This document shows positions 11,831 through 23,226 of a stretch of 64,000 nt of DNA, piece after piece. Each line of letters begins with the position of its first letter. Position 1 is the first letter of the stretch. The stretch spans positions 124,001 to 188,000 of the forward strand of contig NIVC01001546.1 of NCBI GenBank assembly GCA_002269645.1. The letters are read 5' to 3'. This DNA is from Macrostomum lignano (Eukaryota). The notes beneath the pieces were generated by a model. That model saw nothing but the letters and a program-made list of their open reading frames with translations. It was not told where the DNA came from and searched no databases. Made by a program: the position numbers and the translations under genes.

Positions 11831-12375
11831 GGAAGTGCTTATCCCCATGGTCCTATGCTGATAATTCCAATTTTATCCACATGGATCCATGTTAATAATT
11901 TTTAGCTCATCCCCATGGCTAAGATTAGGCCTATACATTTGTTTGTGTTTAGTTTTGTGTACTGACATTAAATTGATATTGTTATTATTATTAGTAATAT
12001 TATCATTATTATTATATTTTGAATTTTGAATTTGCTAGTCTCATTTGTCTTAATCTTTGGGTCATAATCCCGGTCATTTGGTCATTCTAAGCAAAGCCGG
12101 CAGCTAAGCAAATTTTAAAATTAGGGGGGCCTAACCCTTTTAATGATGAACAATTTTAACAAAGTACTCAATATTATTCAGTATTTAATATATATAGTTT
12201 ATTTGGAAGATTTGTAAAACAGTAAAACAAAAAAGTTTTTGAACAGATTCATTTTAAGGTTCTTTATTCCAATAAGCTACCATGAGAATAAGCTGGAAAT
12301 TATCAAAATGGATTCATATGGATAAAATTAGAATTATCGGCATGATGGCACGGGACCATAGGGATAAGCACTTCC
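11831..12375. mobile_element. MULE/Mutator-type MITE
   Basis: About 95-bp TIRs starting GGAAGTGCTTATCCC; exact 9-bp TSD TTTTCAAAT at 11822-11830 and 12376-12384. Confidence 0.8.
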
Positions 12376-12430
12376 TTTTCAAATATTTGCCCTAATTCTA
12401 AATCTATTTTTCATTGTTTAAAATTTTATA

Positions 12431-12689
12431 TATACTCAGCAATATTGAAAAGTCAAAAATCTATATGCTAGTGATCAACTTCTCTTGGACTATTCTAAAA
12501 AATATATGAGAAACTAATTAGGTAGCTTTAATCTATTCAACAAAACCCTCACACAATGCACCCCCACACTTCATGCTTCAACTCATGCCTGCCATGACAA
12601 AGCTAGGTTGCATCACTCACAAAGAGAGAAGCTTTAACTGCAACCTATAAAAAGTGGTAACTATAGACTTTTCAATTTTGCTGAGTATA
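12431..12689. mobile_element. Tc1/mariner-type MITE
   Basis: TIR TATACTCAGCAA(T/A)ATTGAAAAGTC, flanked by TA on both sides. Confidence 0.6.
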
Positions 12690-12752
12690 TAAGCATACTA
12701 TGATACTAAGCTCCTAGTGGTGGGCATTCAAATAAAAAATTCAAATAGGGGC

Positions 12753-13591
12753 CAGTGTTGGGCAAGTTACTCAAAAAAAGTAACTTGCGTTACTGTAACT
12801 TAAGTTACCAATTTTTAAAAAGTAACTTATGTTAGCCTAGTAACTTTAGATAAAAACCCGATAACTTTTAGGTTATTGTCCGTTACTCACTTCCGTTACC
12901 CATATTATTAACAAAATTTTCTGCTTTTTTCACATTGCACATTTTTTCACATTGTTGTTACCGAAATTTGCCATTGGGAATTGGGATTAACCGATTAACA
13001 GACAGAGACAGAAATTGGCGACACGATGTGAGGCAAGTAAGGACCAATGGGCAATGGCAATCAATAATTAAAATTATGAATGATAAAATAAACAAATATC
13101 AATAATTCAATAGATTAAAATAAATAGAACTGTATAAAATGGTGTAGTGTACTGCAGTGCCAGTGGAGGGACTTGTGGAGGCTACAGATGAATTTCTTTC
13201 TTTGGTTGTTTGTTTGAATCAAACTTGAAAATTTTTAGTAACTTAAAAATGAAAGGCGAAAATATTTTACCAAAATTAACAAAGTAATACATGTTTCAAG
13301 TATTTCTTCATTAATTAAGCGCAATACCATGTGATACTATTCACTTAATTTTGAATTTAGGAATGAAAAATGCAAAAACATGTGACAACCGGTGTAATAG
13401 CTAAGCATTTCAGTTTTAAATTTAAATATTGTGATTGTTGCAAAGTAACTATAATGGACTTCCGAAATTTGAGTAACTTACCGTTACTCCGTTACTAAAA
13501 TAAAAAAGTAACTTGCGTAAAGAACGCTTTACGAAAAAGTAACTTGCGTTACCATTTGCAAGTTACTCGGTAATGGAAGTGCCCAACACTG
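12753..13591. mobile_element. hAT-like non-autonomous element
   Basis: 12-bp TIR CAGTGTTGGGCA; subterminal AAGTAACT/AGTTACT repeats; CpG-rich compared with its flanks; no 8-bp TSD recognisable. Confidence 0.65.
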
Positions 13592-13920
13592 CCTATCAAA
13601 AGCATTAAAAACTTTGTTTTTCAAATATTTGACCTATTAACAATTGGTAGACATTTTATTTACCAATTTGCCAAATGAATTTGAATCAGTTGGGTCTACT
13701 AGCCATTGCCCCTTATTTGCAACTATGCCACCCAGTGTTATATTCATAAAATAAGACGAAAAAGATCAGAGAAATTTAGGGGATCAATAATTTTTATAGG
13801 CCTACTTGTAGGCTAGCTTTTTAACCCCCTATGTACCCACTCTTTTATCAATGATAATAAAATTCAAACAATCCCATAAATTGCAAGCCTGCTACACAAA
13901 GGGTCATAAAACTTTTAATA

Positions 13921-14784
13921 ATACCAAATTACAATTTCATTCATCTTCATGCAACATGTTTTGCCAAACAATTGGCATCTTCAACCAATAATAAGATGCA
14001 AAAAGAAAGTGAATTTTTTGTCTAATAAGCCAAAATGATGCAAGTATAGCCATATGGGTAGCAGAGTTAGATGACCCTAAATAAAAGAAAATAAGATGCC
14101 ATGGAAAATGTTAAGAATGACAGAGGTTCCTATTCCAATATCATTCAAGTCCTCTATATTGGGCTACCTAGCCTTAAGTTTTGCCATAAAATAATGGCCA
14201 TCTATCATACCCACTTGAACACTAAGGTCTTCCTTGTGTTCTATATTATAAAAATATTGCAATATATGCAAAGACTCAAGTGCAATATACCAAAAATATT
14301 GTGTGTAGGAGTTATCTATAAATTCTTGTGCATTGCTAAGCAACGTTGGTTTTATATAGGTAAAACTGAAAGGCACCTATATACAAGGGTTAAAGAGCAC
14401 TGTACAAGCACTAGCACTATGTATGACCATCTCCTGATATGCAACCAATGTGTTAAAGTTAGACATGCTAAGAAATTTAAAATTATTGATTGTAACTACC
14501 AGAGTATGAAGTTGTCTACTCTTGAGGTATGTATATTAAATAGCTAAAGCCCACTATTAATATCCAACTTGGTGGTAAAGGGGCAAGTGTCCATCTAAGG
14601 GTGTTCTAACCCTATACACTTGGCTCTTATTTAGGGCCATCTAACTCTACTACCCATACTTGCATCATTTTGGCTTACCAGAATTTAAAAATTTACCTTT
14701 CTCTGCATTTATATTATTGCCTAAAGATGCCAATTGTTTGGCAAAACATGTTGCACAAAGATTAATAAAATTTTAATTTGGTAT
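13921..14784 (+). mobile_element. Penelope-like element 3' fragment: GIY-YIG endonuclease between inverted pseudo-LTR copies
   Basis: GVIYKFLC...WFYIGKTERHLYTRVKEH (ORF 14101-14547, frameshifted into LKPTINIQLGGKGASVHLRVF*); 13921-14088 is an inverted copy of 14626-14784; each copy holds a decayed hammerhead core. Confidence 0.85.
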
Positions 14785-14949
14785 TAAGAAAAATATGAAT
14801 GTATTTTTAGCTTTTAGCTTTACCTTTAGCTTAATCATGGTAAATATACATCCTACACTATATTAACCAAGGAGAGGCCTAAATAGTTGAATGGAGCAAT
14901 TAAATTTAGAAACAAAGTGCCAATTAAAAACATTTAAAAATCATTTTTT

Positions 14950-15126
14950 AATTGACCCACTTGCCATTCAAATTTTTCATCAAAAAAGTTATGTATGATC
15001 CCAAAAAAATACAATTTTTTAAAGCAAATTTGAAAAAATTGGCTAGACAGTTCTTGAAAAAATCATTAACAAACAGACAGATAGACAGACAGAAAGACAA
15101 AAAGTGCAAAATTAGTATATAGAAGA
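14950..15126 (-). mobile_element. Helitron/HINE-like 5' end
   Basis: A|TCTTCTATATACTAAT start followed by a TGTC/TGTT microsatellite and CCAATTTT; 3' end not located. Confidence 0.45.
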
Positions 15127-15240
15127 TAGGCAGACCAATTAAATTAAATTTAGTAGGCCCTAAGTAATTAAGTTTGTATCATAATTATATTTAGAATTCA
15201 GCATTCAGGCTAGGCTAGGCCCTAAAGCCTAGACAATTAT

Positions 15241-15659
15241 AGTCCCTAGATATTTTGGTGAAAAGACTTTTGGTGACAGCCTTTTTGGTAACACTTTAGG
15301 ACATTTTGTGACAAATTTAGACAATTTAGTGACCCATTAAAAATGAAAGTTAATTTTCTCTGTAAGATAATATACTCATAAACAAGAGTCAATACTTAAG
15401 ACTCATCATATTTTATTGTTTTACATTGATTTTGGCACTGACTTTGTTATATCTCTCTACTTAAATTTATTTTTATTTATTTTATGAAAGTTTTAGACCT
15501 AGTGTAGGGCCTTATTGGTTATTGCAAAGTCAAAAGATAAAGACAAAGACAAAGTCAAAGAAAATTATGTCAAAAAGCATAATATTTTATGTATTATACA
15601 TGAAGTGTTACCAAAAAGGCTATCACTAAAACATTTTGTCACCAAAATGTCCAGGGACC
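15241..15659. mobile_element. MITE with about 55-bp TIRs
   Basis: (G)GTCCCTRGAYATTTTGGTGA...AGCCTTTTTGGTAACAC at both ends, inverted; TSD unclear. Confidence 0.65.
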
Positions 15660-16473
15660 CTTATTATAATATTCTTTCCTAATAAGTCAAACTGCTTAGT
15701 TATAAAGTTAGTGTTTGGACAACTATTTAAATTTAATTTGATATTAGTAGATTATTTATGCTAAACCATACCACTTTTTTATTTTTATAATATAATAGAC
15801 CAATTAATGGTATGGATTAACTTTAATTCATGTTATAATAACAAATATATTTAAAGTAAATTAATAAAAAATGAAGATAATATAAATTAATTATATTCAG
15901 CAAAAAATATCAATAATGATATTATTAATTTTGCATTCATCTTTAGTTAGTATAAGTAGTCTAAACTTTTAAAGGGTTATTAATAATAAGTATTGGCGAA
16001 CAAGTCATTTTAATGACAAATTGTTTTGGTAATAGACATTTGGTAATAAGTTCTCTATGATAAACAAACTCTGTCTTTTAAACTTTTGTCTTTTAAATTA
16101 GCCAATATTGGAAGATTCAGAGAATAATCATTTAGTAGTAAAGGCATTTCATAATGTTAGTTTAGTTATTTTGTTAATATATAATTTGTATATATATAAA
16201 ATATCTAGGCCAATATTTAAAATTAAAATTAAAAATATTTAAATTAAAAAATTACTTAATAGTTCAACAAACCTCTATGGCTCTATACTAAGACCAAAAA
16301 CTTCATTAAGTTATATTAGCCTACTCAAGATTGTTAAGATAATTTTCTAAAACTAAAACTAAAATTAAACTAAACTTCATTAAAAGGTTTTATCTGATAA
16401 TCAAAATGATTTGCTTATTATTACAGAAGATTATCATTAAAATTTATTATCACTAAAGAGTTATAGCCTATAA

Positions 16474-16620
16474 TCTTCTAAATATACTAAATCTCTAAGG
16501 TTTGTATGCTTAAATGTCCATAACGCTCTAGAGACTGCAATTCTTCACCGATTTTGATCGCGTTTTCGCCAAAAGATTCAAAATAGTATACTAATTTTTA
16601 TATTAATTAATGCTTTTCAA
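16474..16620 (+). mobile_element. Helitron/HINE-like 5' end
   Basis: A|TCTTCTAAATATACTAA start and CCGATTTTGAT motif; similar start to the copy at 15126 (-). Confidence 0.4.
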
Positions 16621-17900
16621 ATTTACTATCCCATGGCAATACTTGTCTATGGACTATAGATATTATGTATATATCAGATGTACAGCTAGAAATTTTCTTC
16701 TAGGTATAGTTACTTTTAGGTAGGGATAAATTACTTTTATAGCAGATATCTATCATACTCATATCACTAAGACTTCAAAAAAATTAGGCTATTGTCAAAA
16801 GGGAGGATATATCCTTCTTAATCCCCTCCACTCCCTATGCTTCTAATATATATAAAATGGCATATTGGATCAGAGTCCCTATCAAACATGCTTAACACCT
16901 GGCTAACCTAGCCTTAGCTAGGTGGCAAAAGGTAGGGCCAAGGAAAGTCACAAAAATGCCAACCAAAAAATATAGATATAGTACTAATTAGATGATAAGG
17001 CATTTAGCCTTAGTAAGATATAGTTACTCCTACCATTTACCCAAAATTACATTAATTTTGCTTTACGGTTTCTTTTATAAGTAAGTTGCATTTTCGGTCA
17101 ATAAGTAAATCACATATAAATGAGTAAAATATTATCTATATTCGCTTTCAAAATCATTTTATTGAAGCATACAATTTCATTGCAATACCATGTGCTTGCC
17201 AAAAGTTATAAGTATTTCAAAATTGTACCTAAGAAATTTCTAATACAAATTTGAAATTTGCACTTTCTGATATAGGCAAAATGGTATATATTCATATTGG
17301 TGTCAAAAAGCATTTTGGATATGTCTTGTTGAATGGCATTTAAATCAGCTAATAAGCAAAATAATTTTTAAATCAATATTTATTGCTTTTCTACTGCTTC
17401 TTAATAAAATTTAAAATTAAAATTAATAAAATTTAAATTTCATAAAATTAATAAAAGTATTTGTATCCCTTGTCAAGTAGAAAAGTATGCAGCTTATCTT
17501 TGATAGCAGGCATATGGGCTATTAGCTAGGTTGGTTGGATCAAATATTTAAAGTTTTTATTAATGGTATTGAAAAGTCTGTTTACCCGTCGAACGTTTCA
17601 CCCGGAATTTTTTCCGGAATTTTGTGATCCGGGCCCGATTTTTAATTGATTTCCGGGTGAAGGCCCGGATCAGCTTTTTTGGCCCGGAACAGCCCCTTGT
17701 TCCGGAAAAAAATCCGGAAATATGATCCGGAAAATTTTCGGGAAAAGGAAAGCTGTTCCGGTCTGATTTTCCAGAATTTTTCACCCGGAACACTATGGAA
17801 TTCTGGGTGTAGACCCGAATTTCAGTAGTGTTCCGGGTGAAAATGTTCCGGGTGAGATTTCGGGAATTGAGTCGGAATTCTCCATTGATCCGGACCAACT

Positions 17901-18360
17901 GATCCGGAAAATTCACCCGGATCAGCTCCCTTGACCCGAATTTCAGCCAAGTTCCGGGCGAAGCTGATCCGGGAACATTTCGGGACTTGAGTCGGAATTC
18001 CCTAGCGATCCGGACCAACTGATCCGGAAAATTCACCCGGATCAGCTCCCTTGACCCGAATTTCAGCCAAGTTCCGGGCGAAGCTGATCCGGGAAAATTT
18101 CGGGACTTGGGTCGGAATTCCCTAGCGATCCGGACCAAATAATCCAGAAAATTCACCCGGATCAGCTCCCTTGACCCGAATTTCAGCCAAGTTCCGGGCG
18201 AAGCTGATCCGGGAACATTTCGGGACTTGAGTCGGAATTCCCTAGTGATCCGGACCAAATAATCCGGAAAATTCACCCGGATCAGCTCCCTTGACCCGAA
18301 TTTCAGCCAAGTTCCGGGCGAAGCTGATCCGGGAAAATTTCGGGACTTGAGTCGGAATCA
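17901..18360. repeat. 120-bp tandem repeat, about 4 copies (left arm of the foldback element)
   Basis: Units start at 17901, 18021, 18141 and 18261. Confidence 0.95.
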
Positions 18361-18926
18361 ATCCGGCATCCATTATATAAGTTCCATGGGGATTTTGAGA
18401 GGAAGCCTCCGATGGAAAACCGCTGAATACAGACCCCAGCAAATGGCTATCCCATCAGGCAATCCCTGGCATCCATTTGGTCAACGGCGCTAATTCCTCT
18501 TGGAAAGCGAGGGGTAATAAAGCCTCGAAATTGCAATGTGAATTGATCTGCTTTTCGGCGGCTCTGTAGCGTCCATAATGTGCGGCTGAGCCCATCCTCC
18601 GTACAGGTGACAATTGAAAAATTGTTGCGCCCTGTTTGTGTGCGAGAGGTTTGACTTCCACTGGCATGTAGTCTATCACAGCTGCTTAGTGTGTCAACGG
18701 GCTGAATGATTCTATCGTCATATTTGACGCTTAGAAGCATAAAATCAGCCAACCATATTGTTTGGCACAGCTGGGTGTCTAGACGGAGACTGTGGCATAG
18801 TTCCAAATAGCTCTAACTGGCCCAGTATGCAAAGCAGCTTTCCTATTAAGATAGACGCTAATCCGATTTTTGTCGGTACATGCTCCATTGGTTTGTCTAA
18901 GGCGTTTGCAGTTGCACCAGCCGTGA

Positions 18927-19606
18927 GCAGATCACGTTGTCACGGCTGCTAACAAGAGTACCGGATCCCGGTATTCCGCCACTCTCTGGAAGGGGCCTTT
19001 GGATAGAAAGGCCCAAGCGATTGAAGCGACTGCTTTGGCGCGTGTGCCATCGCAGCAACCGCAGCCGTCACGATGCCCGTCATGCACCACAATGATGGAT
19101 CAGATTCGGGCCCAAGGCGAAGCCGAGGACGAACTGTGTAAGTTTTTTATGCATATACTAGAAGACGTTAGCAGCCTCGTATATATATAAGTGTTGTCGA
19201 TTCTTAAGTTTGAATCTGCTTCGCCACTCTCCTCATTTTTATGTACTTAATAGGCCATCAATTGAGCGGAGTTCGTGAAAAGCTGTCGGAGGCTCAAGCC
19301 GAAAATCGTCAGATGAAAGCTGAAGTTCTTCGATTGGAAGCTATCTCCGCTACGAGCTCGTCGGAATCCGACACGACCGTGGCGAGAAGCCAGGCAGTGC
19401 TCTTTCAATCTCGGCCAGCCGCAGAGCGGCAAAAGAGGGCGGACCAGGTGAAGGCGCGACGAATCGCCAGTGCTGCCGAAAATGAGGGGCCGACTTCTGG
19501 AAACATATATTTCCAGACCGCGAGCTACTCGAGGAGTGAAATGCGGGCGATGTCCAAGATCGAGTGCATAACACCACCACCGCATTTATTTGCAATTAAT
19601 TTCTAG
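18927..19606 (+). CDS. Transposon-borne spliced coding region (coiled-coil protein, possible BEN-domain accessory protein); start and end uncertain
   Basis: A GT-AG intron at 19138-19253 joins two open frames in phase (EDEL-C-HQLSGVREKLSEAQAENRQMKAEVLRLE). Confidence 0.5.
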
Positions 19607-20169
19607 CTTTTTGTTAAGGCCAAATTTGCTGGATTCGATTTCATTAGAAACGCTCTTCGAGACATTGACTGTCTACATTTATGAGCCCTGATAGGTCCTG
19701 GAAAATGAGACAAAAGTCGTTCCTTAATTTTTGCGGAGATCTTTACAATTCTTAAGCAAGTGAATAGACAAGTCAGCTGACTTGAGTTAACTAGCTAATT
19801 AGCTGTATAGCGAGTGACCCACCTGACAGATGCAATCAGAGGTAGGCGATGGGGATCCCTGAAGAGCAGCCAATGTCGCGATAAGGTATATAAAACCGTA
19901 TACGGCTTCAAAAAAAGTTGATGGTAGCATCGAAGTCCAGCTGCCCATCCGAGTGACATTCAGAAGGTCAGCATTTTTTGTTTCTGAAAGTACGTAGAAG
20001 TGCATAGAAATATACGATTTGCAGTTGTGCACAACTGAATTCAGTATTTCTGTTCGTGGACGGCTAAATCGAATTCGATTCAATTCGTAGTCGTGGAAAA
20101 TGTATGGAACAATGACCCGTTCTTTATTTAATTTTCTGCTACTGTGATAAGCCTAAGATTTGGCTGCAA

Positions 20170-20690
20170 ATCCGGTTCAATCATCCAGAATTCACCTGGA
20201 TTCGTGTGCTAATCCGGTTCACTCTCCCGGAATTCGCCCGGATTTGTGTGCTGATCCGGTTCACTCGCCCGGAATTAGCCCGGATTTGTGTGCTGATCCG
20301 GTTCACTCGCCCGGAATTAGCCCGGATTTGTGTGCTGATCCGGTTCACTCGCCCGGAATTAGCCCGGATTTGTGTGCTGATCCGGTTCACTCGCCCGGAA
20401 TTGTGTGCTGATCCGGTTCACTCGCCCGGAATTGTGTGCTGATCCGGTTCACTCGCCCGGAATTGTGTGCTGATCCGGTTCACTCGCCCGGAATTGTGTG
20501 CTGATCCGGTTCACTCGCCCAGAATTAGCCCGGATTTGTGTGCTGATCCGGTTCACTCGCCCGGAATTAGCCCGGATTTGTGTGCTGTTCCGGTTCACTC
20601 GCCCGGAATTGTGTGTTGATCCGGTTTTCGTCGCCCGGAATTTAGCCCGGATTTGTGTGCTGATCCGTTCCACTCGCCCGGATCGCACCC
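20170..20690. repeat. 42-bp and 31-bp tandem repeat (right arm of the foldback element)
   Basis: GATCCGGTTCACTCGCCCGGAATT(AGCCCGGATTT)GTGTGCT units. Confidence 0.95.
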
Positions 20691-21199
20691 GGAACAGTCA
20701 CCGGATTTTTTTTAGCGATCCGGGTCTATTTTCCGGAATTTTTCTTTTTGATCCGGAAATTTCGCCCGGATTCTGTAAACTTTCGTTACAGATCCGGAAT
20801 TTCCACCCGGATCAGATTGCATTACTGGAATAGGAAAAAATTCCGGGTGAACGCAAAAAATTCCGGGCGAAATTCCGGGTGAAAAGTTCGACGGGTATTT
20901 TTTTGCTTGATTATAATTATAAAGTGAGAATAGTAAAGGAAAAAGGTATTATTATTAGTATATTACTATCAACCTATGCTACCATTTGGAAGGCAACAAA
21001 GAAGGAAAAAAAAAGTTTAAATAAACTACATGTTAGTAAATCATTATTGTTGAAATTATAATTGAAATTGAAAATCTTTATTGTTCAAGTCTTGCAATAT
21101 CATGTCATGATTTACTGTATCAAGATATAGGGTAAATGACAATTGCTATATTTAAATAAAATAATTATTGTTCAATGTGTATAATCTAATAAAAATCAA

Positions 21200-21795
21200 T
21201 TGACTACACCAGCCCTAATATTTAGATATGCAAGCAACTGACAACTCAGCCACAGCTATTTCATAGCACATCTGAAGGCTGCATATGGCTGTTCAGTCCA
21301 AAAATGAGGATTGCCACTTGATTTACTTGACTTAGCTGCAGGGGGTTCTGGGCATCCAGGTACAGTGGGGGGAGGCACTGCCACCGATTCCACTAACCCA
21401 TAGCAACCACAGGTAGCTGGTGCTGCGGTGTTATGCAGTGAGATACAGTGGTGCTAGACGCTTGGTGTCCGCAGTGCAGTCCCCCTCCGGACAGTCCTGG
21501 AGGTGGATGGTCACTTGCCCAGTAGCTGTTAGGTAATAGACGAGCTGGCAGAGATTCTTGGGCCTGAAAACATTGGAGAGGTCCAGGTTTGGGCCGAGGT
21601 AGGTGAGCCTGTCCTGAGTAAAGGCGGGGCACGCACAGATGAAGTGCTCCATATTGTCGACACTGGAGAATGGGATAGGGCATTTCTCGCAATGGATTTT
21701 TCCCTGGAAGTAACAATGCCTGGCAAAATAGCCATGTCCCGAGAGGGGCCATGGTAACTAACCTGATGTCCCCGCGGTTGAGTCCAAACAGGGCC
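21200..21795 (-). mobile_element. I-group (Loa/R1/I-like) non-LTR retrotransposon 3' fragment
   Basis: With one frameshift: ALFGLNRGDIRLVTMALSGHGYFARHCYFQGKIHCEKCP...NMEHFICACPAFTQDRLTYLG (C-terminal CCHC), then the 3' UTR; 3' boundary approximate. Confidence 0.8.
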
Positions 21796-23127
21796 AACTA
21801 ACCTGATGTCCCCTGCGGTTGAGTCCAAACAGGGCCAACTAACCTGATGTCCCCGCGGTTGAGTCCAAACAGGGCCAACTAACCTGATGTCCCCGCGGTT
21901 GAGTCCAAACAGGGCCAACTAACCTGATGTCCCCGCGGTTGAGTCCAAACAGGGCCAACTAACCTGATGTCCCCTGCGGTTGAGTCCAAACAGGGCCAAC
22001 TAACCTGATGTCCCCGCGGTTGAGTCCAAACAGGGCCAACTACCTGATGTCCCCGCGGTTGAGTCCAAACAGGGCCAACTAACCTGATGTCCCCGCGGTT
22101 GAGTCCAAACAGGGCCAACTAACCTGATGTCCCCGCGGTTGAGTCCAAACAGGGCCAACTAACCTGATGTCCCCGCGGTTGAGTCCAAACAGGGCCAACT
22201 AACCTGATGTCCCCGCGGTTGAGTCCAAACAGGGCCAACTAACCTGATGTCCCCGCGGTTGAGTCCAAACAGGGCCAACTAACCTGATGTCCCCGCGGTT
22301 GAGTCCAAACAGGGCCAACTAACCTGATGTCCCCCGCGGTTGAGTCCAAACAGGGCCAACTAACCTGATGTCCCCGCGGTTGAGTCCAAACAGGGCCAAC
22401 TAACCTGATGTCCCCGCGGTTGAGTCCAAACAGGGCCAACTAACCTGATGTCCCCGCGGTTGAGTCCAAACAGGGCCAACTAACCTGATGTCCCCCGCGG
22501 TTGAGTCCAAACAGGGCCAACTAACCTGATGTCCCCCGCGGTTGAGTCCAAACAGGGCCAACTAACCTGATGTCCCCGCGGTTGAGTCCAAACAGGGCCA
22601 ACTAACCTGATGTCCCCCGCGGTTGAGTCCAAACAGGGCCAACTAACCTGATGTCCCCGCGGTTGAGTCCAAACAGGGCCAACTAACCTGATGTCCCCCG
22701 CGGTTGAGTCCAAACAGGGCCAACTAACCTGATGTCCCCGCGGTTGAGTCCAAACAGGGCCAACTAACCTGATGTCCCCCGCGGTTGAGTCCAAACAGGG
22801 CCAACTAACCTGATGTCCCCCGCGGTTGAGTCCAAACAGGGCAAACTAACCTGATGTCCCCCGCGGTTGAGTCCAAACAGGGCCAACTAACCTGATGTCC
22901 CCCGCGGTTGAGTCCAAACAGGGCCAACTAACCTGATGTCCCCGCGGTTGAGTCCAAACAGGGCCAACTAACCTGATGTCCCCCGCGGTTGAGTCCAAAC
23001 AGGGCCAACTAACCTGATGTCCCCGCGGTTGAGTCCAAACAGGGCCAACTAACCTGATGTCCCCCGCGGTTGAGTCCAAACAGGGCCAACTAACCTGATG
23101 TCCCCCGCGGTTGAGTCCAAACAGGGC
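21756..23127. repeat. 40/41-bp minisatellite, about 34 copies, derived from LINE coding sequence
   Basis: Unit AACTAACCTGATGTCCCC(C)GCGGTTGAGTCCAAACAGGGCC; the last unit runs straight into the LINE ORF. Confidence 0.97.
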
Positions 23128-23226
23128 CCTGCAACACAAATTGTTCCGAGTGGTTCGTAAAACGAACCCCCAGCCTTTCAGTCGTGAGTCTGACGTTCTC
23201 TAACCGCAAGGTTAGAGCAACCCCCA
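23128..23226 (-). mobile_element. tRNA-derived SINE head
   Basis: Minus strand ...TAACCTTGCGGTTAGAG (A-box-like)...GACTCACGACTGAAAGG...GGGTTCG (B-box-like). Confidence 0.6.

Larger units (their letters stand above)
17585..20895. mobile_element. CMC/EnSpm-type foldback-like DNA transposon, non-autonomous or deleted
   Basis: Termini CCCGTCGAAC(G/T)TTTCACCCGGAATTT inverted at 17585 and 20895; TA on both sides (2-bp TSD); 700-800-bp subterminal arms saturated with CCGG motifs. 5'-CCC with a 2-bp TSD fits the CMC superfamily. Confidence 0.8.

Noticed and set aside
18370-18926. Minus-strand ORFs inside the foldback element as a transposase remnant
   Set aside because: Short overlapping frames without recognisable DDE-family motifs.
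21756-23127. CRISPR-like regular 40-bp periodicity (also 32881-34285)
   Set aside because: Head-to-tail monomers with no unique spacers, no cas genes, eukaryotic context.
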